Source: a virus
Length of the DNA: 64,000 bases
UHGV virus genome: UHGV-0240527
Reading direction: 5' to 3' (one strand)
In this document: piece after piece, positions 9,424-18,019 of the stretch
Position numbering within the stretch: the first letter of the stretch is position 1
Layout of the letters: each line of letters begins with the position of its first letter
The notes under the pieces: generated by a model
Seen by the model: only the letters and a program-made list of their open reading frames with translations
Told to the model about the DNA's origin: nothing
Databases searched by the model: none
Translations under genes and position numbers: made by a program

Positions 9424-9608
9424 TCAAGGTCAACAAATCTTTGCAGGACTTTCCCTCTAGGTGTTACACCTTTTAAATCTGCATCGTAACAATGGTAAAA
9501 GTCACCTTCAGCATGTTTACCATAGCATTTTCTGATATTCTGGCTTCTGCGATACTGTTCTAACAAGGACAGTTTGTAGTAATCTTCAACTGTAGTTAGT
9601 TTTTTCAT
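9390..9608 (-). CDS. hypothetical protein
   Basis: ORF track. Confidence 0.4.
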   Translation of the reverse strand: MKKLTTVEDYYKLSLLEQYRRSQNIRKCYGKHAEGDFYHCYDADLKGVTPRGKVLQRFVDLEWNKRLRGVGK

Positions 9609-10150
9609 TCTTTCACCATAGCATTTCTGAACTGACGTTGTGTTTCTCTTGTAATTTCGTTTGGAGTAAAACCTGCTTTCAGCATATCTCTGAAAAGAAC
9701 TTCTAAATGGTTCCTCTCAATGATGTAAATGGCATTCTGAATAGCTGTTTTGCGCTCCTTCAGGTCACTACTAATCTCTTCGCACTTACTGGTAAGTTCT
9801 GTGTCAGTTTTCTTATAGACTGGCATAACATGTGCGTAGCAACCTTTATTAGTCTCCATGAAAAATTTAAAAGATTCTTCAGAGTCCTTTAGAGCAATCC
9901 CTATAAAGTTCTTGTAAGCACCTGTGAAAGATAAGGACTCAATCTCAGCAGTTGAGTATACAGTTCCTGCACACAGCCTTGCAGAAGTACTAAATGTGTG
10001 GTTTGGTGTCATGTCAAAATCTAAGTTCTTCAGTGGCCTGAAATAAACAATACCGTTGTGTGAGATATGTGTTACAACAGCCTCAACACTCTTTGACGGA
10101 TTCTGTTTAACGTACAAAATTATTTTATCTTTTTCTTTCACTGTAGCCAT
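9605..10150 (-). CDS. hypothetical protein
   Basis: ORF track. Confidence 0.5.
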   Translation of the reverse strand: MATVKEKDKIILYVKQNPSKSVEAVVTHISHNGIVYFRPLKNLDFDMTPNHTFSTSARLCAGTVYSTAEIESLSFTGAYKNFIGIALKDSEESFKFFMETNKGCYAHVMPVYKKTDTELTSKCEEISSDLKERKTAIQNAIYIIERNHLEVLFRDMLKAGFTPNEITRETQRQFRNAMVKE

Positions 10151-10222
10151 ATCTATTCTCCAGAAACTAAAAAGGGAACTACCTCTCGATAGCTCCCATC
10201 ATAATTAATGTTGTATACTCAG

Positions 10223-10804
10223 TCAAGAGTATTTTTTAGGCAGTAATGCACTTCGCTTGTTACTCTCTTCACTCAGCAGTGCAATAAATTCATCACCTTT
10301 ACCATTCCACGGACTAAATGTAGGGATATGTTCTCTGATAGCATCAATCACTGTTTTCAGGGCGTTATTTTTTAACCACCAATCAGACACTGCTGAGGCT
10401 ACAATATAATAAGCACCATCATCTGTGAAGATTGGCTCAGAGATACATGGTGAAATCATAGTGGTGATGATAGAGCCGTTATTCATGTAGTATGTTCTTT
10501 TTTCAACCTTATCAAGAAGCTTATGAAGGTCTGCAAAGAGACTTACCACCTCTTTATGGTCAATATCTTTTTCAAGACTTGCTCTGTACTTTAATAGTGC
10601 AGCATCAACCTCTTTATCATTGAATTTGAAGTACTGGACTTCTTCATTCACACATACGCTGATATTGTTGGTGTTTATCGTCAATTTGCACAGTTTGACT
10701 GGAGAGTTGATGTTGGTCTGAAAAAGTGCTACACAGCCCTCTACATTCCCGAAATGCTTGACTAATGTAACTTCTGGTTGGATATGCTCATGTTCTTCTG
10801 ACAT
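10223..10804 (-). CDS. hypothetical protein
   Basis: ORF track. Confidence 0.5.
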   Translation of the reverse strand: MSEEHEHIQPEVTLVKHFGNVEGCVALFQTNINSPVKLCKLTINTNNISVCVNEEVQYFKFNDKEVDAALLKYRASLEKDIDHKEVVSLFADLHKLLDKVEKRTYYMNNGSIITTMISPCISEPIFTDDGAYYIVASAVSDWWLKNNALKTVIDAIREHIPTFSPWNGKGDEFIALLSEESNKRSALLPKKYS

Positions 10805-11148
10805 TACAGTTTCCTCATTAAATACTTTTTAAGTTGTGTGTTAGGTTTCTCAAAAACTTCTATAGAAGATATCTTGACAGACTCACCACGCATACCAGTA
10901 TGTTTGAATATGTAGTACTCTAACATCCCTATATACTTTGCTGGTAAGTCATATTTTACATACACCGTCACAGAATCTTCAAACTCAACAACCTTTGTAC
11001 CATCTTTGTAGTTAAACTCTTTAGGATGGTTGTAGTTGTCTATGTCATACATTAAAAAGAGTCTTTTACGTTGTAAGTCAAGCTTATTTGTTAAAGACTC
11101 TTTAATATCTGAGAAGTTTTTGTACACTGTGACATGGAGCTTACTCAT
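10804..11148 (-). CDS. hypothetical protein
   Basis: ORF track; stop/start overlap with neighbour. Confidence 0.5.
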   Translation of the reverse strand: MSKLHVTVYKNFSDIKESLTNKLDLQRKRLFLMYDIDNYNHPKEFNYKDGTKVVEFEDSVTVYVKYDLPAKYIGMLEYYIFKHTGMRGESVKISSIEVFEKPNTQLKKYLMRKL

Positions 11149-11434
11149 CGTTAAACTCTCTGACGAAGAAATAGTTGACTTTGTTATTACCTACCATAAG
11201 GTCAAAGCAGGTATTTTCAAAAGGTTTGTTGTAGGCATCGTATGAAATATATGGGTCAGCTACTTGCTTAGTGCTTAACTTCTTACTTGATGGATTTAAG
11301 AGGCCACCATACAGCTTCTTGATAGCCTCTTCTACAACAGACCAGATAATTTCGTCAGTAATTTCTTCGTACAGGTCAAGTTCACGCTCCAGTGAGAAGT
11401 CACAAATAGGGAAAACAACCTGTACTTTACTCAT
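11141..11434 (-). CDS. hypothetical protein
   Basis: ORF track. Confidence 0.5.
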   Translation of the reverse strand: MSKVQVVFPICDFSLERELDLYEEITDEIIWSVVEEAIKKLYGGLLNPSSKKLSTKQVADPYISYDAYNKPFENTCFDLMVGNNKVNYFFVREFNDE

Positions 11435-11841
11435 TAACGAATAACCTGTGAGACTTGAATTGCTTCAGTTACTGACAAGTCACCTACTTTCTCTTCTTTG
11501 ATAAAAGTGAAGGTGAGTTCAACAGGTTCTTGCTCTTCTTGCTCTTCTTGCTCAACTGGAACACCATTAAGCTCATCAAAGATTGATTGGGTTGTCCAGT
11601 CTTCTCCACCATCTGGATAGTGGATTACGTAGAGAGGGAACTCTGTGTTAAACCAACCAAATACAGGGCAGCCATCTTCATCATCTCGCACCCGATGAAG
11701 GGTGCTTCCAGACCCTGTAAAACGAAGGAATAAATCTCCGTTGCACTTGAATATTACTGCGTCGGCAAAACCGATGTCTTCTCGACCATCATGACCAAAT
11801 GTGTCAACCTTTACTTGAATATCTCTAACATCTTTATTCAT
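11434..11841 (-). CDS. hypothetical protein
   Basis: ORF track. Confidence 0.5.
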   Translation of the reverse strand: MNKDVRDIQVKVDTFGHDGREDIGFADAVIFKCNGDLFLRFTGSGSTLHRVRDDEDGCPVFGWFNTEFPLYVIHYPDGGEDWTTQSIFDELNGVPVEQEEQEEQEPVELTFTFIKEEKVGDLSVTEAIQVSQVIR

Positions 11842-12232
11842 AAAAACCTCTCTCTGCTTGTTCGATTTTTGCTCTTAAAGTTTCGCAATACTGTAGATGG
11901 TAGTTAGCTTCTTGTTCATGTGTTGCTAACTGCCTTTCCAGAACAGTTTTATAGTAACCTGCAAGTTGCTCTTTTGTCAATGGGTGCTCTGAAATAATAT
12001 CAAGTCCACTTTCGCCAAGAGGGTTGAATTGTCCATGCTCATTGACATTGTAAGTCTCAAACTTGAACAGACCATTGTTCACAGACTCAATAGGTGACAA
12101 TTCAACAAGCTCTACAGTAAACCGTGTATACACCTTATCACCTCTTGAAACTACATTGTTCCCGACAATGCGTACAAGCGAGCCATTACGAGTGTACTTA
12201 AAAGTTCCAAAGTCACTAGCCCAAAGTTTCAT
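11834..12232 (-). CDS. hypothetical protein
   Basis: ORF track. Confidence 0.5.
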   Translation of the reverse strand: MKLWASDFGTFKYTRNGSLVRIVGNNVVSRGDKVYTRFTVELVELSPIESVNNGLFKFETYNVNEHGQFNPLGESGLDIISEHPLTKEQLAGYYKTVLERQLATHEQEANYHLQYCETLRAKIEQAERGFYE

Positions 12233-12283
12233 AGCTTTCTCCTTAGAAAATAAAAAAGGCTCCCGAAGGAGCCTATGAAGATA

Positions 12284-12748
12284 TTACTTTGGGTATACAC
12301 TGTCAAGGTAAATATCAGCTTCCATTCTGCGTCTGTTTTTAAGACCGTTTGAAGTGACCTTCTCACCTTTGACCGTTACCTTGTTCCACCACTGCATAGC
12401 TTCTGCACAACCTACCTTATTACCAGCGTTGTGGCGCTTGATAAATGTAGAGTCCTGCATAGCCGTGATACCGATGTTGTATGTTTCACTAACAAGGGCA
12501 TCAAACTCATTTTGAGTGGTTGGGGTTTTGATTGCTTTGTTGACTGCACTGACAAACTTTTCAACATCAGCAAGAAGATACTGTTCAGCCTGTGCCTCAG
12601 TAATCTTCATACCCATTTTGACAGGTCTTCCATCAATACGGATTGTCCCGTAACCAATTGTTGGGATTCCGGCAGAATCTTTGTAAGCCTCTAACTCCAG
12701 ACCTTCGAAGAACTTAATAGCGTCTAAACCTTTTCTTGAGAGTTGCAT
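12284..12748 (-). CDS. endolysin, GH24 phage lysozyme (T4/P22 gp19-type)
   Basis: N-terminal EGLELEAYKDSAGIPTIGYG matches the catalytic Glu / Asp / Thr region of T4-type lysozymes; size 154 aa. Confidence 0.8.
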   Translation of the reverse strand: MQLSRKGLDAIKFFEGLELEAYKDSAGIPTIGYGTIRIDGRPVKMGMKITEAQAEQYLLADVEKFVSAVNKAIKTPTTQNEFDALVSETYNIGITAMQDSTFIKRHNAGNKVGCAEAMQWWNKVTVKGEKVTSNGLKNRRRMEADIYLDSVYPK

Positions 12749-13632
12749 TACGCCTCCCCTGCTGGGTTAACTGTAACTGTTGCTGCATTGGATGTTACAG
12801 AGCCACCTGCACCAGTAACTACACAGGTGTAGCTTCCTGCATCAGCAGCGGTTGCACCTTCTTTGGTGTAAGTTGCAGTAGTTGCATCGAGGATGTCTTC
12901 CTCACCTTTCTTCCATTGGTAACCTGTCGCACCTGTTGCCACAACATTCAGTGTTAAGGTCTCACCTTCAGTGATTTCTTGATTGGTTGGTTGCTGAGTG
13001 ATTACTGGAAGTGCATTCACAGTCACTGTTGCTGCATCTGAGGTAACACTTGTTCCACCCTCTCCAGATACAACGCAAGTGTATGAACCAGCATCAGAAG
13101 GTGCTACTGACTGTTTTGTGTAAGTTGCAGAATTGGCACTCGGGATATCCTCACCATCCTTCTTCCACTGATATCCAGTGGCGTTAGTTGCTAGAATGCT
13201 TAGAGTAAGTGTGCCACCCTCATTGACTGTTTGACCTGTTGGTTGCTGAGTAATTGCTGGTGGCTTAATAGCATCCTTCAGCTTAGCATTCAACATTGAG
13301 AACGGCTTAACTCTTGCCAACCATTCACAGTAAATAGTGTCAACATCTTTACCATTGATGATTGCATACTGCAAATCCATGAAGAAATCAGCAGTTCTCA
13401 TCTGTGCACCAACACTGTAAAGGAGTTCATCACTAAAAGGAACTTTGTAGTCTGGTTTGTAATCAAACTCCTCAACTTCTGCAATATCAGCTTCAGGCCA
13501 ATATGAGCTATAGGTGAGTGGTAAAATAGCCTCTTGATATGTTCTAAAATCATATCTCTTACCAGCTTTTACGTTTGCAATGAAGCCCTTCACAAACTCT
13601 TTAAAGTCTGGGTAAGTCTTTGCTTTAATCAT
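12748..13632 (-). CDS. protein with N-terminal domain plus two tandem Ig-like repeats
   Basis: two about 90-aa repeats each containing GATGYQWKK..D/E..SYTCVV (Ig-fold signature); N-terminal 120 aa paralogous to the product of 13629-14000. Confidence 0.6.
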   Translation of the reverse strand: MIKAKTYPDFKEFVKGFIANVKAGKRYDFRTYQEAILPLTYSSYWPEADIAEVEEFDYKPDYKVPFSDELLYSVGAQMRTADFFMDLQYAIINGKDVDTIYCEWLARVKPFSMLNAKLKDAIKPPAITQQPTGQTVNEGGTLTLSILATNATGYQWKKDGEDIPSANSATYTKQSVAPSDAGSYTCVVSGEGGTSVTSDAATVTVNALPVITQQPTNQEITEGETLTLNVVATGATGYQWKKGEEDILDATTATYTKEGATAADAGSYTCVVTGAGGSVTSNAATVTVNPAGEA

Positions 13633-14000
13633 TTATTTTCAGCCTCTAAATGTGCGTTTAGTCTAAAATAACCTTTGTGATTCGGAGATACATCACCAAC
13701 AACAATACCTTTAACCTTATAACCTTTACCAATTACATACTGGATATCCATAAGGAATCTTCCAAGACCAACAATATGGAACATTGGATATAATAGATTC
13801 TCAGAGTCTGGAATATTGATTTCGGGTTTGTAGGTGCATTGTTCGATTGTTGGTGTAATATCTTCTTCAGGCCATTTACTGAGTCTCCATGTCAAAGGTG
13901 TTGGGATAACATCATTAATGTTGTACCTTTCACCATTTTGCACGGAATTGATATAGGATTGTAGGAAGCAATAAAAGTCTTTTGCACTCTTAGCTTTCAT
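13629..14000 (-). CDS. hypothetical protein, paralog of N-terminal domain of the Ig-like protein
   Basis: shared motifs (KxxDFxxFxQ..N..G.RY, SxWPEEDI/WPEADI) with 12748-13632. Confidence 0.5.
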   Translation of the reverse strand: MKAKSAKDFYCFLQSYINSVQNGERYNINDVIPTPLTWRLSKWPEEDITPTIEQCTYKPEINIPDSENLLYPMFHIVGLGRFLMDIQYVIGKGYKVKGIVVGDVSPNHKGYFRLNAHLEAENK

Positions 14001-14047
14001 TAAATATCCTTATAAATAGTTAAAGGGGCATCAGCCCCTATTCACAC

Positions 14048-14638
14048 TTAAGCTTTGGTCTTAAGTAGGTTCTTAAGTTTTTTAAGATTCATACTCTCAT
14101 CAAACTTAAAACCAAATCCATTGACATAATCAATGAACTCGGATTTCTTACTGAGTGACAATGCGTAACTCATATCAAAGTTCTTACTTGTTTCTGCGTC
14201 TGGACTAGAGTTCACATCAAATGAAATTTCTGTAGGCTCTTGCTTACTTTTTCTCATATTATCAACCAACAAACATGTATAGTTTGCTGGATAGAAATTT
14301 ACACTACCATCAACGTAGCTGTACTTATTATTATGGATAAGGTTGGAAAATACCTTAAGGAATGTTTCTGAGTCGTGGCAAACAAGTTTGAATTGGCTGC
14401 TCTCTCCAAGCGCAACTAATGAGTACGGGCTTTCACTATCAAAGTCATAATTTGGATTCGATGACGTTACTGTTACACGCATCAAGTTATTAGCAATAGT
14501 CTTCTGTTTAAAAGAATTTGGAACATAGTGAAGACCTCTATCACACTGATTAACTAATTCTTTCAATAGGTCATTTGCATATGGTGAGTTAATTGATACA
14601 GAGCCATCACTATTGTAATTAAAACTTACTGTTAACAT
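14048..14638 (-). CDS. hypothetical protein
   Basis: ORF track; AGGAGA RBS upstream. Confidence 0.5.
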   Translation of the reverse strand: MLTVSFNYNSDGSVSINSPYANDLLKELVNQCDRGLHYVPNSFKQKTIANNLMRVTVTSSNPNYDFDSESPYSLVALGESSQFKLVCHDSETFLKVFSNLIHNNKYSYVDGSVNFYPANYTCLLVDNMRKSKQEPTEISFDVNSSPDAETSKNFDMSYALSLSKKSEFIDYVNGFGFKFDESMNLKKLKNLLKTKA

Positions 14639-14865
14639 TTTTCAGTTCTCCTGCGATTTATAATTTTGCTGCAATAGAGAAACGAAGTAAACTCACTGGA
14701 AGAAACCATTAAGTGTTGTTCACTAGATTGAGCCATTGCCCTGAAATACATTCCAGTCAAAGCATCATAGTGACTATTCTTTCCAATTGAGGTTATATAG
14801 CCATGACTCTTTGCAGTTTGATATAAATCTATAATATCTGCGATTTCTAATTGGGAACTACACAT
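14632..14865 (-). CDS. hypothetical protein
   Basis: ORF track; GAGGA RBS upstream. Confidence 0.45.
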   Translation of the reverse strand: MCSSQLEIADIIDLYQTAKSHGYITSIGKNSHYDALTGMYFRAMAQSSEQHLMVSSSEFTSFLYCSKIINRRRTEKC

Positions 14866-15008
14866 AGATAATCCTCTTGTCTTCTGTAATTTTGAAAGAA
14901 CAGGTACAGACCAATTTCAGAGGATGAATAGTAGATTGACTCTACCCTTTTTGATTCCTTACAGTGATTGGTATTCTTACCTTTCTTCGGTTTATTTGAT
15001 TTTCTCAT
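14847..15008 (-). CDS. hypothetical small basic protein
   Basis: ORF track frame; start placed at internal ATG (15008) that has an AAGGAG RBS; track start 15029 lacks an RBS. Confidence 0.4.
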   Translation of the reverse strand: MRKSNKPKKGKNTNHCKESKRVESIYYSSSEIGLYLFFQNYRRQEDYLCVVPN

Positions 15009-15053
15009 TAAGTCTCCTTTGTAGAACAAGGCAGACCTACAGCTTTAAGTAAG

Positions 15054-15083
15054 ATGGTACAGTAATCCATACAACAAGTCAAG
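15054..15083 (-). promoter_or_regulatory. candidate sigma70-type promoter for the minus-strand operon (TTGACT, 18-bp spacer, TACCAT)
   Basis: hexamers read on the reverse complement; weak -10. Confidence 0.3.
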
Positions 15084-15105
15084 AACTATTGCAAGTTAAA
15101 AAAGT

Positions 15106-15130
15106 TGTTGACAAAGTACTTGACAAGGTG
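15106..15130 (+). promoter_or_regulatory. conserved tandem TTGACA element (GTTGACAAAGTACTTGACAAGGTG) in divergent promoter region
   Basis: near-identical 23-mer recurs at about 58109-58133 in the other divergent intergenic region. Confidence 0.45.
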
Positions 15131-15257
15131 TAGGCTTATAAATACTTAGAAGATAACTTAAAAGGTTCCTCTAAAAAGGCTATTTAAACAGATATCTTTC
15201 TGGATATCTATCTTTTATCTTAAAAGCCTTTTAAGAGGTCTTATAAGAGGCATACCA

Positions 15258-15629
15258 ATGAAAAACAGAACAAACAAAGGCCAGTTTAAAAAAGGCCAAT
15301 CTGGAAACCCATCTGGAAGACCAAAAGGCTCTCGCAACAAAAGCTCACTTGTAAAAGCTCAACTGACCATTGACAATTCTGCTGAGTTTGCTGCAAAGTT
15401 ATTTGAAGCGATTGTTACAAGGGATGCTGCTAAGCTTGCAGAGTTCGGGTTAAACACAGATGACGTAACCATCAAGAGTATGATTGAGGTCGGTAAAACT
15501 ATCTTTACTCACTCAGCAGGTGAGATGAAAGCACTTGCAGCAGACACTAAGAAGACTCCTGATAATGGTGGTCAACAACAGACAGATAACAAACCAACGT
15601 TCTCTGCTGTAGCGACTCTTAAAAAATAA
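15258..15629 (+). CDS. hypothetical basic protein with N-terminal GNPSGRPKG motif
   Basis: ORF track; lysine/arginine-rich N-terminus; motif read directly, function not assigned. Confidence 0.55.
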   Translation: MKNRTNKGQFKKGQSGNPSGRPKGSRNKSSLVKAQLTIDNSAEFAAKLFEAIVTRDAAKLAEFGLNTDDVTIKSMIEVGKTIFTHSAGEMKALAADTKKTPDNGGQQQTDNKPTFSAVATLKK

Positions 15630-15647
15630 TTTTAAAAGGTGTTGACA

Positions 15648-15688
15648 GACTCTACAAAGTTGCTCTAAAGTCTGTCACATCAAACAAC
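15648..15688 (+). promoter_or_regulatory. candidate promoter (TTGACA) embedded in 9-bp inverted repeat TGACAGACT/AGTCTGTCA
   Basis: inverted repeat arms flank the -35/-10 region upstream of 15711 ORF. Confidence 0.35.
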
Positions 15689-15710
15689 AAATGAGAGAAG
15701 AGAGTAAAAT

Positions 15711-17126
15711 ATGAGCGAATTATTTAAACATGCGCACCTTCATGCAGGTCGAACTGAAAATGGTGCTGTAAACCATACTTCATCAATGTCTGCTCTTGTA
15801 GACTTTTACAAAGCTGCTGGTTCAAGCCGTAGCAATGTAGAAATCTTACCAGACTTGTTCTACAAAGCTTTGCGTGAGGATGTTGATGTTGCAGTTCGTA
15901 TTTTGCTTCATATGCGAGATGTACGAGAAGGTATGGGTGAGCGTAAAGCCTTCAGAACTGTTTTGCTTCAAGCAATTGAAGATAAAGTTTTAGAGCCTAC
16001 ACAGGTTCTTCGCATTATGGATAAGATTGCAGAACTTGGTCGTTTTGATGACTTCAAAATCTTCGTGGGTACTTGTTTCGAGACAGATGCCTTCAAACAT
16101 TTAGAAGCAGCATTACTAGACCCTGCAACAGCAGGTTTGGCGGCTAAGTGGTTACCACGAGTCAAACCACGTCATAAGCAGTTTGTAAAACGTTTCTGCA
16201 AGTTTGCCAACTTGAGCGAGAAAGAGTACCGCACACTGTTATCTGCACTATCTGATACAGTTGAGCAAAAAATCTCTGCTAATGAGTTTGGCAAGATTGA
16301 CTACAGTAAGGTTCCCTCACTTGCTGCTGCACGTTACCAAAAACTGTTTAACCGTAAGGATGGAGAACGTTACAAAGCTTACATTGAGTCCTTATCAAAA
16401 GGTGAGGCTAAGATTAATGCTGGTGCTGTTTACCCATACGATGTGATTAAATCTGTCAAGCATGGTAATGCAGATGTTGCTAATGAGCAGTGGAAAGCAC
16501 TACCAAACTGGATGGCAGAAGGTGAAAACATCTTGTGTATGTCTGATGTATCAAGTTCAATGTCTTGGGTGAATTTTGGCTCCATTACTGCTCTGGATAT
16601 TGGTGTATCACTTGCCTTGTATGTAGCAGAACGCAATACAGGTTGCTTTAAGAATGAGTTGATGGTTTATTCAACAAACCCTCACTTCATCGAACTGAGT
16701 GGTGATTTACGAAACCGTCATCGTCAGGTGATGCGACACGTTGAATATGGCTCAACTAACTTACAAGCAGCTTTTGACCGCATTCTTGAGACAGGCAAAA
16801 GAAACAACTTGACTCAGAAAGATATGCCAAGTAAGCTTATCATCTTCTCCGATATGGAGTTTAATCAGGTTGATGGGGCTAACGGTCGTACAAACTTTGA
16901 AGCAATTCAGAGTAAGTACAAAAAAGCTGGATATGAGATGCCACAACTGGTATTCTGGTACTTAGCAAACCGTAATGGTACTTGCGAAGTATCTGTTAAG
17001 GATAACGGTGTAGCAATGGTATCAGGGTTCTCTCCAGCCACTTTAAAAGCTCTGCTTGGTGGTGAGAAGTTTGACCCAATCAGTGTAATGCTCAAAGCAG
17101 TAATGATTGACCGTTATATCTGGTAA
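15711..17126 (+). CDS. vWA-domain protein with Ro60/TROVE-like architecture (candidate RNA-binding protein)
   Basis: C-terminal MIDAS-like DxSxS (MSDVSSSMSW) and downstream FSDMEF; about 270-aa helical N-terminal region; family assignment is from architecture only. Confidence 0.45.
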   Translation: MSELFKHAHLHAGRTENGAVNHTSSMSALVDFYKAAGSSRSNVEILPDLFYKALREDVDVAVRILLHMRDVREGMGERKAFRTVLLQAIEDKVLEPTQVLRIMDKIAELGRFDDFKIFVGTCFETDAFKHLEAALLDPATAGLAAKWLPRVKPRHKQFVKRFCKFANLSEKEYRTLLSALSDTVEQKISANEFGKIDYSKVPSLAAARYQKLFNRKDGERYKAYIESLSKGEAKINAGAVYPYDVIKSVKHGNADVANEQWKALPNWMAEGENILCMSDVSSSMSWVNFGSITALDIGVSLALYVAERNTGCFKNELMVYSTNPHFIELSGDLRNRHRQVMRHVEYGSTNLQAAFDRILETGKRNNLTQKDMPSKLIIFSDMEFNQVDGANGRTNFEAIQSKYKKAGYEMPQLVFWYLANRNGTCEVSVKDNGVAMVSGFSPATLKALLGGEKFDPISVMLKAVMIDRYIW

Positions 17127-17144
17127 AAAGTTTTAAAAAGGGTA

Positions 17145-17173
17145 TTGACAATGTGTTTAATACCCTTTAATAT
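17145..17173 (+). promoter_or_regulatory. sigma70-type promoter (TTGACA, 17 bp, TAATAT) flanked by inverted repeat AAGGGTATT/AATACCCTT
   Basis: hexamers and spacing read directly; lies upstream of tRNA array. Confidence 0.5.
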
Positions 17174-17235
17174 GTTCTACATAGAAACGAAATGAGAGCT
17201 TTTCTAAGATACTGAAAAATATTTTAAAAAAGTTC

Positions 17236-17264
17236 TTGACAACCACTAAAAAATAATGTTAAAG
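17236..17264 (+). promoter_or_regulatory. candidate second promoter upstream of tRNA array (TTGACA, weak -10)
   Basis: TTGACA at 17236-17241; -10 ambiguous. Confidence 0.3.
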
Positions 17265-17291
17265 TGTTTACATAGAGTTTGAAAAGTTTAT

Positions 17292-17368
17292 CTCTGTTTA
17301 GCTCAGCTTGGTAGAGCGTTCCGTTTGGGGCGGTAAGGCCGGAGGTTCAAGTCCTCCAACAGAGACCA
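17292..17368 (+). tRNA. tRNA-Pro (anticodon UGG)
   Basis: manual cloverleaf: 7-bp acceptor CTCTGTT/AACAGAG, T-loop TTCAAGT, anticodon loop TTTGGGG, CCA encoded. Confidence 0.65.
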
Positions 17369-17375
17369 AATTAAT

Positions 17376-17453
17376 GTTCCAGTAGACAAAATGGTAAAGT
17401 CACCACTCTTTCAAAGTGGATATCTGAGGGTTCAAATCCCTTCTGGAACGCCA
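17376..17453 (+). tRNA. tRNA-Glu (anticodon UUC)
   Basis: 7-bp acceptor GTTCCAG/CTGGAAC, anticodon stem CCACT/AGTGG, loop CTTTCAA, CCA encoded. Confidence 0.7.
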
Positions 17454-17543
17454 GTTTTGACAGAAGACCAATTACAGCAAACTTAATCTACTCATCTGAA
17501 AGTTAATCGGACAAAGAAGATATTTGGTCTGGTCATTAAGAAT

Positions 17544-17620
17544 TGCGGGTATAGAGAAAGGGCGTCTCACATGTCTCATTAGCATGGTATCGGCAGGTTC
17601 GACTCCTGCACCCGCCTCCA
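17544..17620 (+). tRNA. tRNA with CAU anticodon (Met, initiator or Ile2); non-canonical features
   Basis: T-arm GCAGG/CCTGC and 6 of 7 acceptor pairs with 1:72 mismatch; anticodon loop CTCATTA; 3-nt 8/9 linker. Confidence 0.45.
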
Positions 17621-17703
17621 AATTTACAGAAGACCGTTTACAGCAATATTTATTAAATTTTTAGCGGAAAAATTGAAAGATACGGTCTGGTAATACTAAA
17701 CAT

Positions 17704-17780
17704 GGTTAGGAAGCACATAAGGTATGTGCGGTCGCCTGTTAAGCGAATGGCACAGGGTTCGAATCCCTGACTAACCGCCA
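17704..17780 (+). tRNA. tRNA-Asn (anticodon GUU)
   Basis: acceptor GGTTAGG, D-stem GCAC/GTGC, anticodon loop CTGTTAA, T-loop TTCGAAT, CCA encoded. Confidence 0.7.
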
Positions 17781-17849
17781 AATTTAGGAGAGAAGTGATT
17801 GCTCACCGATTTGTAAGGTGCAAGTCCTTAGCCTGAATAGAAATTAAAT

Positions 17850-17937
17850 GTGTCGTTATCCCGTAGATGGTAGCGGTGGGGACTGTAAATCCCTTGTCAT
17901 TGAGACTCGGTAGGTTCGACTCCTACACGGCACACCA
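17850..17937 (+). tRNA. tRNA-Tyr (anticodon GUA), long variable arm
   Basis: acceptor GTGTCGT/ACGGCAC, anticodon stem GGGGA/TCCCT, loop CTGTAAA, 88 nt, CCA encoded. Confidence 0.7.
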
Positions 17938-17942
17938 ATAAA

Positions 17943-18019
17943 GGCTATGTAGTTTAACTGGAGAAAATACTCCCCTGTCACGGGAGATGATGTGAGTTCA
18001 AGTCTCATCGTAGCCGCCA
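17943..18019 (+). tRNA. tRNA-Asp (anticodon GUC)
   Basis: acceptor GGCTATG/CGTAGCC, anticodon stem CTCCC/GGGAG, loop CTGTCAC, CCA encoded. Confidence 0.75.

Noticed and set aside
12736-12957. Cys-rich 73-aa plus-strand ORF
   Set aside because: Lies antisense within the Ig-like protein gene; the cysteine richness comes from reading the complement of Thr/Ala/Gly codons. Likely spurious.
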